Shown here piece by piece: positions 10,833-20,160 of a DNA stretch of 24,403 nucleotides; within the stretch, counting starts at the first letter, position 1; the number at the start of each line of letters is the position of its first letter. The stretch comes from Cyanophora paradoxa CCMP329 (Eukaryota > Plantae > Glaucophyta). The DNA lies in contig QPMI01000171.1 in the NCBI GenBank assembly GCA_004431415.1, positions 1 to 24,403 of the forward strand. Reading direction: 5' to 3'. The notes beneath the pieces were generated by a model. That model was not told the DNA's origin and did no database searches. It saw only the letters and a list, made by a program, of their open reading frames with translations. The position numbers and the translations under genes are program-made.

Positions 10833-12439
10833 ATGGTCCTCCTGCAAGTGTCGGCCCCCCAGATGGCCGGCAACATTGCCGACTCTGGCCTCAGCCATGT
10901 CTTTGACCTGCAGACCAACCCCCGCACCAACACTATCGTTGATGGCACCGCGACCACCCGCGTCGCCGGCGTGACCGTGCCCGCGGCCAGCCGCTGGTCC
11001 AGAAGGTTGCCGACGCGGCGGCAATCGCGTGATCCGCTTCTGCCGCTCAACAACAACGGTGCCCTCACCTTCGACCAGGCCCAGACCTCAACCAGATGTA
11101 TGGCAGCCAGACGGTGCTCTTCGACACCAACACTGGCGAGCCGGCCCCCCTGCCCGGCCAGGAGATGTCCCCACCTTCGCCCGGTGGTACCAGACTTACG
11201 CGCTGAACAACAAGAACCGTCAGTCGGCGTTCGTCCCGAACGGCCAGTGCTCCTTCACCTACGATCAGTTCGCGTCCTTCTACGCGGGCTCGTACCTGAA
11301 GGACCCGGAGTCGGTGCAGCTCGCTATCCAGCGGACGTGCTACAACCGCATTACCGGCCTCGGCCCCGACTTCTACTCGCCGGAGGACGCCGCCGAGCGC
11401 GGCAGGTCTTCTTCTGGATTGAGTTCGGCATCCAGGCGGCGATGTTCACCCTCTTCCTGATCCTCACCCTCCGCCGTGAGGAGCACAAGCGCCGCTTCCA
11501 CTACATCACCACCCTGTACTCTGGCATTTCCACGATGGCGTACTACTGCATGGCCCGCGGCCAGGGCTCTGTTGCCCTGTTCGACACCTGGTCGGTGCGT
11601 AGCAGATGTGGGCTCCAGTTTGCGCAAACTCGTGCTCAGATGCGTCGCAGAACGGCGACTTCAGCCCGTACCGCGTGTTCTACTATGCGCGCTACATTGA
11701 CTGGTCAGTGGCACAGTTCGTGTTAGTGTGGCCTTCATTTGTCTTACATCTTGGCTCAGGTTCCTGACCGTGCCGCTCATCATCCTGAACCTGTGCCTGT
11801 TGGCTAGCGCAACCAAGGCTCTGACCATTGGTCTGGCTCTCTCTGCATGCTCATGGTCGGCACTGGCCTCATGGGCGCCCTCTCCATGTGAGCACAGCGG
11901 CTGTTTTATCGCTCTATTGGGATCGTTAAATTCTGAACGTGTCTTGTTCAGCACCGGCACCAAGTGGGCTGGTTCGGCATCTCCAACATGTGCTTCATCC
12001 CCATCATCGTCGCGTGGGTGACCGTTCTCCGCAAGAACGCCCGCGAGAAGTCCCCGGAGGTCGAGAAGGTGCGGCATGTTCCTCTGACTGTAGGGTCTAC
12101 GCTCACGAGCGAGCAGACCTACAACATCCTCATCATCATCTCCATCATCGCCTGGTTCGCGTACCCGCTTATCTGGATCATCGCCACCGGCACGCACGCC
12201 ATCTCCTTGCGGCCGAGATCGTCTCGTACGCCGTTGTCGACACCTTCTCGAAGGGTGAGCTCATCAAAGAGCCGGCCATATATTCCTTTTCTGATCTTTG
12301 TTCCAGCGCTCTTCGGTGTGATCCTGCTCTTCTCGCGCTCGGCGATTGAGGATGCTTCGTTCAAGGACCCGAGAAGATGAAGCTCCCGACCTCGTACACT
12401 AGCTCCACCATCTACTCTGGTGTGCTCTCCAAGGCGTAG
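10833..12439 (+). CDS. Type-1 (microbial) rhodopsin, bacteriorhodopsin-like 7TM, with ~190-aa N-terminal extension
   Basis: Introns 11595-11650, 11704-11759, 11888-11951, 12069-12116, 12255-12306. Helix B RRFHYITTLYSGISTMAYYCMARGQG; helix C YARYIDW|FLTVPLIILNL; helix D (D)MLMVGTGLMGAL; helix F AWFAYPLIW; helix G EIVSYAVVDTFSK|ALFG with the retinal-binding Lys. Stop is 12378-12380 as written, or 12437-12439 if one more 1-nt deletion is corrected (..EKMKLPTSYTSSTIYSGVLSKA*). Confidence 0.95.
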
Positions 12440-12698
12440 TGGGCCTTTTTCTCGCGTGCCGGCGCTGTTCCGTGTCTGTCACTAGATTAGGCGCCGATGC
12501 GTTGAATAAACCGAACAACGCCGCTCCGCTTAGTCACGTTGCAGTCGTGGCGCAGTGTACCGTAATGTGTTTATGCAAATTATGGTGTTTTTCACGGTGG
12601 GTAAGAAGACACAAAAGGACTGAATGGCAGAGCAAAAAGGGAAGTGCCGCATTAACGTTTTCTCATGGTGGATCAGCACTAGAGTGCACTAGAGCTGC

Positions 12699-13031
12699 GG
12701 CTCGAGCTGAAACCCCCGGCTTGAGCTGGCTCGAGCCGGCCGTTCCAGGTTCGAGCTGGCTCGAGCCCTCCTAAGGGGGGGTGTACCCGGTCCCGGACTT
12801 CGGCGCTCGAAGAAACTCTGGCCTCTAGCGATAGCTCGTGCGGATATATGCGGAATGCACATAATCTTACAGAATAGAGGCAGGCTAGCCTGTATTTGAT
12901 ATCGATGACTCAGGCCCGCGACACGAGCTAGAAATTAAATGAGCTAGCACTGTTTCCGTCAGAGGCCGCCTCTCCCCCCCCTGGCTCGAGCCCCGGCTTG
13001 CATGGCCGGCTCGACCTTGTTCGCCCCCCCT
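12699..13031. repeat. GGCTCGAGC-rich repeat cluster with an imperfect 19-nt inverted repeat (possible MITE remnant)
   Basis: GGCTCGA(G)C at ~12699, 12728, 12758, 12983, 13008; 12774-12792 AGGGGGGGTGTACCCGGTC vs revcomp of 13013-13031 AGGGGGGGCGAACAAGGTC (15/19). Confidence 0.4.
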
Positions 13032-13165
13032 ATAGCTAGGTTGCTGGGCGGGGAGGAATGCATTCCACAATTTCGTCTTGCATGCCTGCCCTTCGCCTGC
13101 TTCAACAAACCAAATATTTTTTTGGCTGCTTGTTGAAGCTTTGGGGTCCGATGCACATGACCAAT

Positions 13166-14797
13166 TCAATGGTTGCCTTCGAAGATGTAGGCTTTCTGCA
13201 GAAAGCGATGAAGCACTTGCGCAAGTTCAGCAGGCTTCTCGCTGTGCACCCAGTGGCCTGCAGGAGGAAACTCAGAACTTCTGTGTCAGTGGTCTTGACT
13301 CTAAGACTTCAAGACTTGCCTGCTCCTTCGATGGTTTTTATTTCAGCTCTTGGAAAGAGGGCCTTGATTGTGTCCTCATGTTCAGGCAGAATGTAGTCAG
13401 ATGCTGATCCTCGGATGAATAAAGTTGGACCATCATAGGTACGTCCTGAGGAGAGAACAAATACAAATTAGTGGAAGGACAAATATCTAAAGAGTCTAAC
13501 TTCTGCACACCCTGACCAGCTGTGTTTGCTTGAATCCACCTAGATGGAAAAGATGCCAGTGATGGCCAGCATCGCTCAATTGACTGCACATGCATAGGAT
13601 CATGGTGGATGTGAAACTGTGCTGAGAACCAACAATAGATCTGACCTCGAGATTAACCCTCCATTTATATCCAGTGGCAGAGTGAACGAGATTCGTGAGA
13701 AGAAAGCCTCGCACTCTTGGGTCCTGGAATGAAATAGGTTTCAGAATGGGAAAAGTATTGTCAGCTCATCATGCACACCTTCACATGCGGGGCTAATGTT
13801 GCATCTGCATCTGCTCGAGATTTGAGAGTTGAGAGGTCGACACTGTGGACAGGTCAGGCTCATGATTGTTTGCGCAACAGAAAATCAGCACTTTTACATA
13901 CTTTCTCAGAGGCCGAATTACGCCATCAAGCATAGCATTGTGATCATATGTGACTGGTGCTATGTCCACAACGATCAAGGCGGACACCAGGGACGGATTT
14001 TCCAGTGCAAGCTGCATGAAAAACTTGGGATAAGGACAAATCGACCTCAATCAAGCAGTATGCTGCACGCACCTGTGCAACAGCCTTTCCCCCCATGGAG
14101 TGCCCTGCGAGCACCCAGGGGTGAGCATATGGTACAACCTAAAAAACCTCTTGATAACCAAATACAATTGCAATGATCATTATTACCCAGCCATATTGCC
14201 GATGAGAGGTTGTGGCATCCCATCCAAGCACGCAAATCATGTGCCATTAGCTCTGCAAAGAGCAGGCCGTTGGCTGTAAGTTGTGCGAGCACAAACAAAC
14301 GTTCTCGAACCGTACGACATGTCAGGGTGATGTTCGGAAGTGCCGTGATTGCGAGCTGCGAGGCAGCGTCATGAGAACTGAAGTTCGAGGCGTCAATGTG
14401 GTCTCACCGTCCAACATGTATGCCGTCTCGAACGGGCGCTGCTGCAAAGGCTCGTTCGCGTATTCCGCGTCCATCTTCGAAATGAACCCTCGCCAGTTGG
14501 GCAGCGCGCCGAACTGAGCAGGGCTTCAGACGGGCAAGCAGAACTGGCGCGCGTTTAGATCACCCACCAGTCCGTGCTGCGCCTGGGTCAACTAGACACG
14601 TGCGCAATGCGCTTGTCGTTTCGTACCAAGATGCAGATCGGCGGGCGCCGGTGCGGTGTGTCGTGCGAGCCGTGCCGAATGCTCGAGAGGGCGACCGCGG
14701 GCGGGTCTACTGGCGGCCGCGTGAGCACTCCTCGACGCTGGAGCGCGTACCGCGCATCGCGCTGGGCGGTGCGAAGCCAGGGGACAACCACGCGCAT
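13166..14797 (-). CDS. ABHD11: Alpha/beta hydrolase, ABHD11/YbfF esterase family; Arg-rich N-terminus suggests a mitochondrial presequence
   Basis: Spliced motifs PPICIL|HGL|FGALPNWR, YMLD|ARNHGTSEH, G|HSMGGK (nucleophile elbow), LIVVDIAPVTY, RGFLLTNL..YKWRVNLE, AGHWVHSEKP; stop 13166-13168. Confidence 0.88.
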
Positions 14798-14848
14798 TTT
14801 GGCGAATTCGAGCTGTACCCTGCGTCAGAGGTTGAGCGCGGTTAGGTT
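14798..14848. promoter_or_regulatory. Extremely short divergent promoter region between ABHD11-like and USP genes
   Basis: 51 nt between the inferred ATGs 14797 (-) and 14849 (+); contains CGAATTCGA at 14803-14811. Confidence 0.45.
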
Positions 14849-17800
14849 ATGGTGGGCCGCGAGGGCTCGTCGGGCGGTTCAGGCGAGCGAGCGAGCTGTA
14901 GCTAAGCGCATCCGTCCGCCGCACACCTGACGCGCGATCGCAGCTTCCATTGACGTGCTCCTCGCGAGCACGAAGGATCTGCTCCCGCGGCGCATCCCGT
15001 TCGTCCGATCGACGAGACCGGAGGACGACGCGATGGAGCTAAAGATGCGGTTCGGGCAGCGCAGTCGTCGTCGCGCCCGTCGAAGCCGGCCAGCTCTCCG
15101 GGCGAGGTGCGCGATCGGCGCGCGTGCGCGCTGTATCGTACTGGTTCTGTACGCAGACTGAAAGGCTCCTCGCAGGACCCCGACAACAGCTGCAGCCGCC
15201 GCCGTGCTATCTCTTCCACCAGACCGGATCGGCAAGCTGCTGCACTGGCAGCGGCAGACGAAGATCGGATGCGGTCTTGAAAACATGGAAACAGCTGCTT
15301 TGCAAACGCAGTGCTTCAGAGCCTTACGTACACGCCGCCGCTCGCCAACTACCTTCTCTCTGGCGAGCACTCGAAGTCCTGTGCGTCGCTGCTTCGCGCT
15401 GCATTTCTCTTGAAGGCTGTAGATTGAGCTTTTACGCAGGCCGGAAAGCGCCGGAACAGTTCTGCGCAATGTGCTTGCTCGAAAAGCACGTTGGCCGGGC
15501 GCTCTCGCAGAACGGCGGGGCATTTCACCCTACGCGATTGTGAGGCGTATGCGAGGTCAAGCCTTTCTTTTTTCAATCCTCAAAACCGTCTTTCTCATTT
15601 TCGTGATGCGTTCCAGAGATCGCTTCGCATTTCCGGATAGGCAGACAGGAAGACGCGCACGAATTCGCCCGTTACCTCATCGAATCGATGCAAAAGATTG
15701 TTTGCGGGGTCTGGGGTGCGGTTGAAATTTTTTTCTGCCGTATTTCTCTAATCCGCACCCCAGAAAAGTGGAGCCCGCGTTTCAGAGACCACAGTGATCC
15801 AGCAGATCTTTGGGGGATACCTCAGAAGCCAGGTATGCTTCCTGCTCCAATAAGGCCGCCGTCGTGCGCCGAGCCGCCATTGCAGGTCAAGTGCTCGCAG
15901 TGCCAGTACGGGAGCAACAAGTTCGACCCGTTCCTGGACCTGAGTCTGGAGCTCCGCGGCGCGAACTCCGTGGAACAGGCGCTCAGCAACTTTACCGCTG
16001 CCGAAGTTCTGGACGGCGAGAACAAGTACCGATGCTCCAAGTAGTCCCGTCCCTGTCAGCCTCCGCACCCCGGCGCTGATGGGCCTCAGGTGCAAGAAGC
16101 TCGTCCGGGCGACGAAGCGGCTCACGATTCACCACTCGCCCAACGTCCTGACGATCCAGCTGAAGCGCTTCGACTTCGGGCGGCACTCGGAAAGATCAAC
16201 AGCCCGTGGCGTTCGGCCCGACACTCGACCTCGGCCCCTTCGTGTCGTGCCGCGAGGTCCGCAGCATAGCATGGCTAGCGGGGCGTCGGGCGCTGACGCG
16301 GCGGGCGGCAGCGGGAGGGCCACCAGTACGCGCTGTACGCGGCGGTCGTGCACGCCGGCCACTCGATGCACTCCGGGCACTACTACGCGTACGTCAAGAG
16401 CCCCTCGGACTTCTGGCACTGCATGGACGACTCCTCGGTGCGCCCCTCGGGGCCGGGGCGGGTGGGGCGGGCGGGGCGCGGCGGTCCTAGAGCCGGCGCG
16501 CAGGTGCGGCCCGCCTCGGAGGCGGCCGTGCTGCGAGAGCCGGCATACGTGCTCTTCTATCGCCGCCGCGCGCCGGCGCCCCTGCCAGAGATGCGCGAGG
16601 CCGGCCTCCTCGAGCGCCTGGGCGACTATGCCCTCGCCTCCTGAGGCGCGTCCGCCGCCCTAGCGCCCCGCCTCCTCGCGCTTCGCCTCGAGTGCGGCGG
16701 CCTGACTCGACGCGGCGCAGGTACGGCACGTCGGCGAGTCTGCCGTTCTGAAGGAGCGCCCGTACATCCTCTTCTACGTCCGCACCCGCCCCACGCCCCC
16801 GCTCGGCCAGAGCGGCGCAAAGGCGGCCAGCCCGCACCCAGCGAAGGGCGGCGCAAGCCCACGGCACGCGGCGGAGGCACAGCCGCCCCCAGCAGCAACC
16901 GTGGGCCCTGCGGGCAAAGTGACGCGGAAGAGGATGGCGGAGGAGCCGGCCCCCGCCCAAGAACGAGTGCGCCTGTCTTGGCCGGTACTTGAAACGCATT
17001 ACTGACCGCCACTGTAGGCGAGGGCCGGCGCAGGAGACACAGAAGCGGGACGGGAGGCTACAAAGCGAAGGAAGCCGGCCCTGGAGGTAGACACGGGCAC
17101 AGCAGCGGAGTACGGGCGCCATCTCACGGGAGCCATGAGCCCGAGCCCGACGCCGGCGAGTCCCGGCTGGATGCGCTCCGCAGCGGCCTGCGTGTCCTGC
17201 GCTCGCGCGCGGATGCACGCCGTGCGGCGCGCGAGCACCCCGGGCCAACACCGCGCTCGGAGGAAGCCGAGTCGCCACCAGTGGAACCGAAGGAGCCTGC
17301 GGGCAGGCGGCTGCAGCGAGCAAGGGTCCCAGTCCCGCTGAGGACGAAGAAGAATATGCTGCTCGTCAGCAGAGTCTAAACCAAGCTCCAGTCGTTCAGC
17401 AGCTGCCCCAAGGGAGCGCTTCATCCCCCCAGTGGAGCGCGCGAGCGCATTCGACTTTAGTGGTCCCCTGGGCAAATCCGGTGCGGGATCTGCTAGGTGC
17501 TGGCAATCTTTTCGCTGCACTGACATCGGCAACGCAGTGGGACAGTGGGACGGCGATGGCAGTCCGGGCGTGTTGTCCGAGCGGGAGCGGCAGCGAGTGC
17601 TCACGTTCAGCAGCGGCATGCAAGGCCCCCGGCAGCAGCGCGACGAGTGGGACGAGGCGTACGATACAGGCCGCACCAGAAGGTCAGCGGAAGCACGAAG
17701 GCGAGGAGGCGAGCAGCAGGAACAGCAACCCCTTCCAGAGTCTCCACGACGTGAAACGGGTGGAGGCCGCGGCGAGGCGCGGGGAGGCCGCGGGGGAGGC

Positions 17801-18016
17801 CGCGGAGGTACGGAGGAGACCGTGGAGGCCGTGGCGGAGGCCGTGGCGGGAGTCGAGAACGCGGCGGAGGGCGCGGCGGAGAGCGCGGGGGCAGGGGCCG
17901 TGGCGGAGGCCGCAGCGGAGGTCGCGGCGGAGGTCGAGGCCGAGGGGATTTTCCCGCGGGGCGGTAGTCGTGGCAGATCGTTCGCACGAGGACGTAGCCA
18001 GCTAGTAGTTTATTGA
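14849..18016 (+). CDS. Ubiquitin-specific protease (peptidase C19), USP36/USP42/UBP23-like; long isoform with basic/RGG C-terminal tail
   Basis: Cys box GCGLENM(G)[12 protein letters not shown]; RQEDAHEF; [17 protein letters not shown]; ENKYRCSK|CKK; LTIQLKRF; His box [23 protein letters not shown]. Tail has [19 protein letters not shown] and GGRG repeats (~17760-17990). 3' end approximate because of indels. Confidence 0.92.
16504..16644 (+). other. Alternative terminal exon A of the USP gene (paralogous to exon B starting at 16721)
   Basis: After donor 16438 (DDSS|GTGCGC) two phase-0 acceptors occur: 16503 gives [29 protein letters not shown]; 16720 gives [26 protein letters not shown]... 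Confidence 0.75.
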
Positions 18017-18465
18017 TGCTCACTGCACTAGAGCTAGATGTGAAGCTTCGTGAAGCTAGATCTGTCACATATACAGATCTGTCTGATGTCGACGTCCGTG
18101 TCATAGAGACCTGATTCTGAACTCAATGATGCACATGAAGTCCTGATTTTAATTCGCATGCTCTGTATTTGAATGCGAAGAGTCGACGTCGCCGCATGAA
18201 ACGCCCTCCCTGCCAGCTGTGGCAAATTACACGCTTATCACCATGTGTCCCTGAAACTTAATTGCATCCTCTCGATTCACCTTCACATCCCGCACGCACA
18301 CTTCCCGGCCCAAACTCTAACTAAAAGCCGGAGTGCAAAACGTATTCTCCAGCCCGGCCCTAGAAATGCACCCTCTCCTTTCCCTTTGTCTTCCGCAGCA
18401 ACATATGCCTGAGTGAAATAACCAGAAAAACTAATTGCGATTTATCTCGTTACACCGCCGACATC

Positions 18466-19588
18466 TTACAGCTGGCGCTGCACGAAGATCGCGAGGATGT
18501 GAAGAACGCAACAGCAAGGTCGCGGGGGTAAGCGAGAAGCTCGCGCTGTTGGCCGCCGAGGAGCAGCGAACGCGGGCGTAGACGTCCTGAGACGCAACCT
18601 CGTGGTCTTCGGTAGGTGTTGCCGTTCACAGAGACAGTGGTGTCCAGGGTGACGGTGCCGATCTTGTAGCAGCCCATCGGCATGCTGCGAGACAGTTTAG
18701 ATAAGGCATGCACAAACTGACCCTCGTCTGCAAAACACGCACGTGGCCTTCTGCAGGGCACGGCCGAGGGATGGTGGTGCACTTGTCATCAGCGAAGTGC
18801 GAGAACCATCTGGAGGTTGCGGTCGCAGGACAGCTGCACGTGCAAGATTAGCCAAACAGCGAAAGTAGAAGAACAGAGAGCAAGTGCACCTATCAGTAGT
18901 TGTAGCTGGCGGTGGCCTTGTCGACGTTGGCGGTCTCAGGCTGGAACCGGAAGTTGTCGTTCACGAGGAGAAGAAGTGGAACGCCGAGCAGGTGGCGACG
19001 GCGTCGCGGCCACGGCAGTCGCGCCGGGGCATGCAGTCGCCTGCGAGCGGTGGTCTGGCCAAGAACGGCCGCGACGGTGAGGAAGTTGGTGGCGGTAGAG
19101 CGGAGGTGAACTGCGAAATGCGTTACAGAAGTAACTACTTGTCTCCTGAAAGATGCGCACAGTCGGGGCCACGCCGCCGGTCGGAGCGGTGCGGGGGTGA
19201 ACGGGAAGTTGGTCAGCCAGTGGCGCCAGCGCCCGCCGAATAGCAGGTAGAAGTCGAGAAGGTGTAGGTCCAGGGCTGCAGAAACTTAGCGGTGTATCAG
19301 GACATCGTGGAAGGTGGAATCACCAGGGGGGCGAAGTTGGCGGTGTTCCGGTTGGACGCCTTAATGACCTCGTCAGAAGTACCGATGGGGCGGTACGCCT
19401 GGCCAACCATATCGCCATCAGCGTACGGCTGCAGGCAGGTCGAGTCCGAGTACAGGCTGCCGGTCTGGTGAGTGTGAAACCCACCGCTGACCTCCGCCCG
19501 CAACGGACCCGACAATGCGAAGGTTCTGGGCGGTGGCGATGGCCGCCAGCCCGAGGAGGGCAACGGCGAGGACGGCGAGGGACCGCAT
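18466..19588 (-). CDS. Secreted/cell-surface protein of unknown family with signal peptide, scattered Cys and a hydrophobic C-terminal tail (GPI-anchor-like)
   Basis: MRSLAVLAVALLGLAAIATA|QNLRIV; segments TGSLYSDSTCLQPYADGD, PWTYTFSTSTCYSAG, NDNFRFQPETANVDKATASYNY, MPMGCYKIGTVTLDTTVSVNGNTY, DVYARVRCSSAANSASFSLT followed by a hydrophobic stretch ending (L)AIFVQRQL* (TAA 18466-18468). Three coding introns and two 5'-UTR introns (19605-19705, 19742-19821). Several indels. Confidence 0.8.
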
Positions 19589-19741
19589 CCTAACGGACTC
19601 TTCCCTGCGCACCCATTGAACAAACCAGGGTCAGCTCCAGATCCAGCCATACGATCCTCGCGCTCCAGGGCTCGCTAGGACCGCGGCAGAGCCACAGCGC
19701 CGCACCTGTATTTATTGGGCGAAATGCGCGGTTTGCGCGAT

Positions 19742-20160
19742 CTGCGCAGGTAGAGAACAATAGCACAGTCAGCTGCTGGCTGCTGGGCTGCGCGGGGCTC
19801 TGGGCGCGCTGGAAGGCTGACCTCGTTTATAACAGAGTCCGACTGCACTACTTGGCGCCGTACCCTTCGGTGGCGGCACCCTCCCTCGAACTTCCTCCCC
19901 CCAACAGATTCGAATCCCGGCGAGTCACTTCCGAGACCTTCCAGCAGGCCATCGGCGCATACAAGCGAGCGGCGCAGCAGAGCAGCTATAGTCAAAGCAG
20001 GCAGCGCGACCACAGGTGCGAGCCCGCGCTGCTTGCTGGACACCCCGCCCGCCTGCCCCAGCTCGACAGCGCTGCGCAGCAGCTGAGCGGAGTGGAAGCG
20101 CGCGAAGCTGGAAACCGGAACAGAGGAGGCGCTGATCGCGCTGATCGGCGCCGCAGAGGC
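19742..20160 (-). promoter_or_regulatory. Upstream cassette copy 2 (putative promoter + non-coding exon + 5'-UTR intron 19821-19742) of the surface-protein gene; paralogous to 10359-10824
   Basis: Same ordered blocks as copy 1, in the same orientation relative to its downstream gene; donor GTCAGCCT vs GTCTGCCT, shared GCAGCCAGC(T)AGCTG and CTGACTG(C/T)GC inside the intron. Confidence 0.75.

Noticed and set aside
17760-17990. GGAGGCCG(C/T)GG tandem repeats as satellite or CRISPR-like array
   Set aside because: They encode the GGRG/RGG tail of the USP; there are no unique spacers and no cas genes.
19844-19930. tRNA gene, LTR primer-binding site or known riboswitch (TTCGAATCCCGG and TGGCGCCGT words; TPK gene nearby)
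   Set aside because: I could not fold a cloverleaf, there is no LTR, and TPP or cobalamin riboswitch core motifs are not evident; kept only as part of the cassette finding.
10359-20160. The inverted cassette copies as terminal inverted repeats of a ~9.8-kb transposon or virus-like element
   Set aside because: No transposase, integrase or viral gene is visible inside, the interior holds intron-rich housekeeping genes, the copies are patchily diverged and no target-site duplication was seen.
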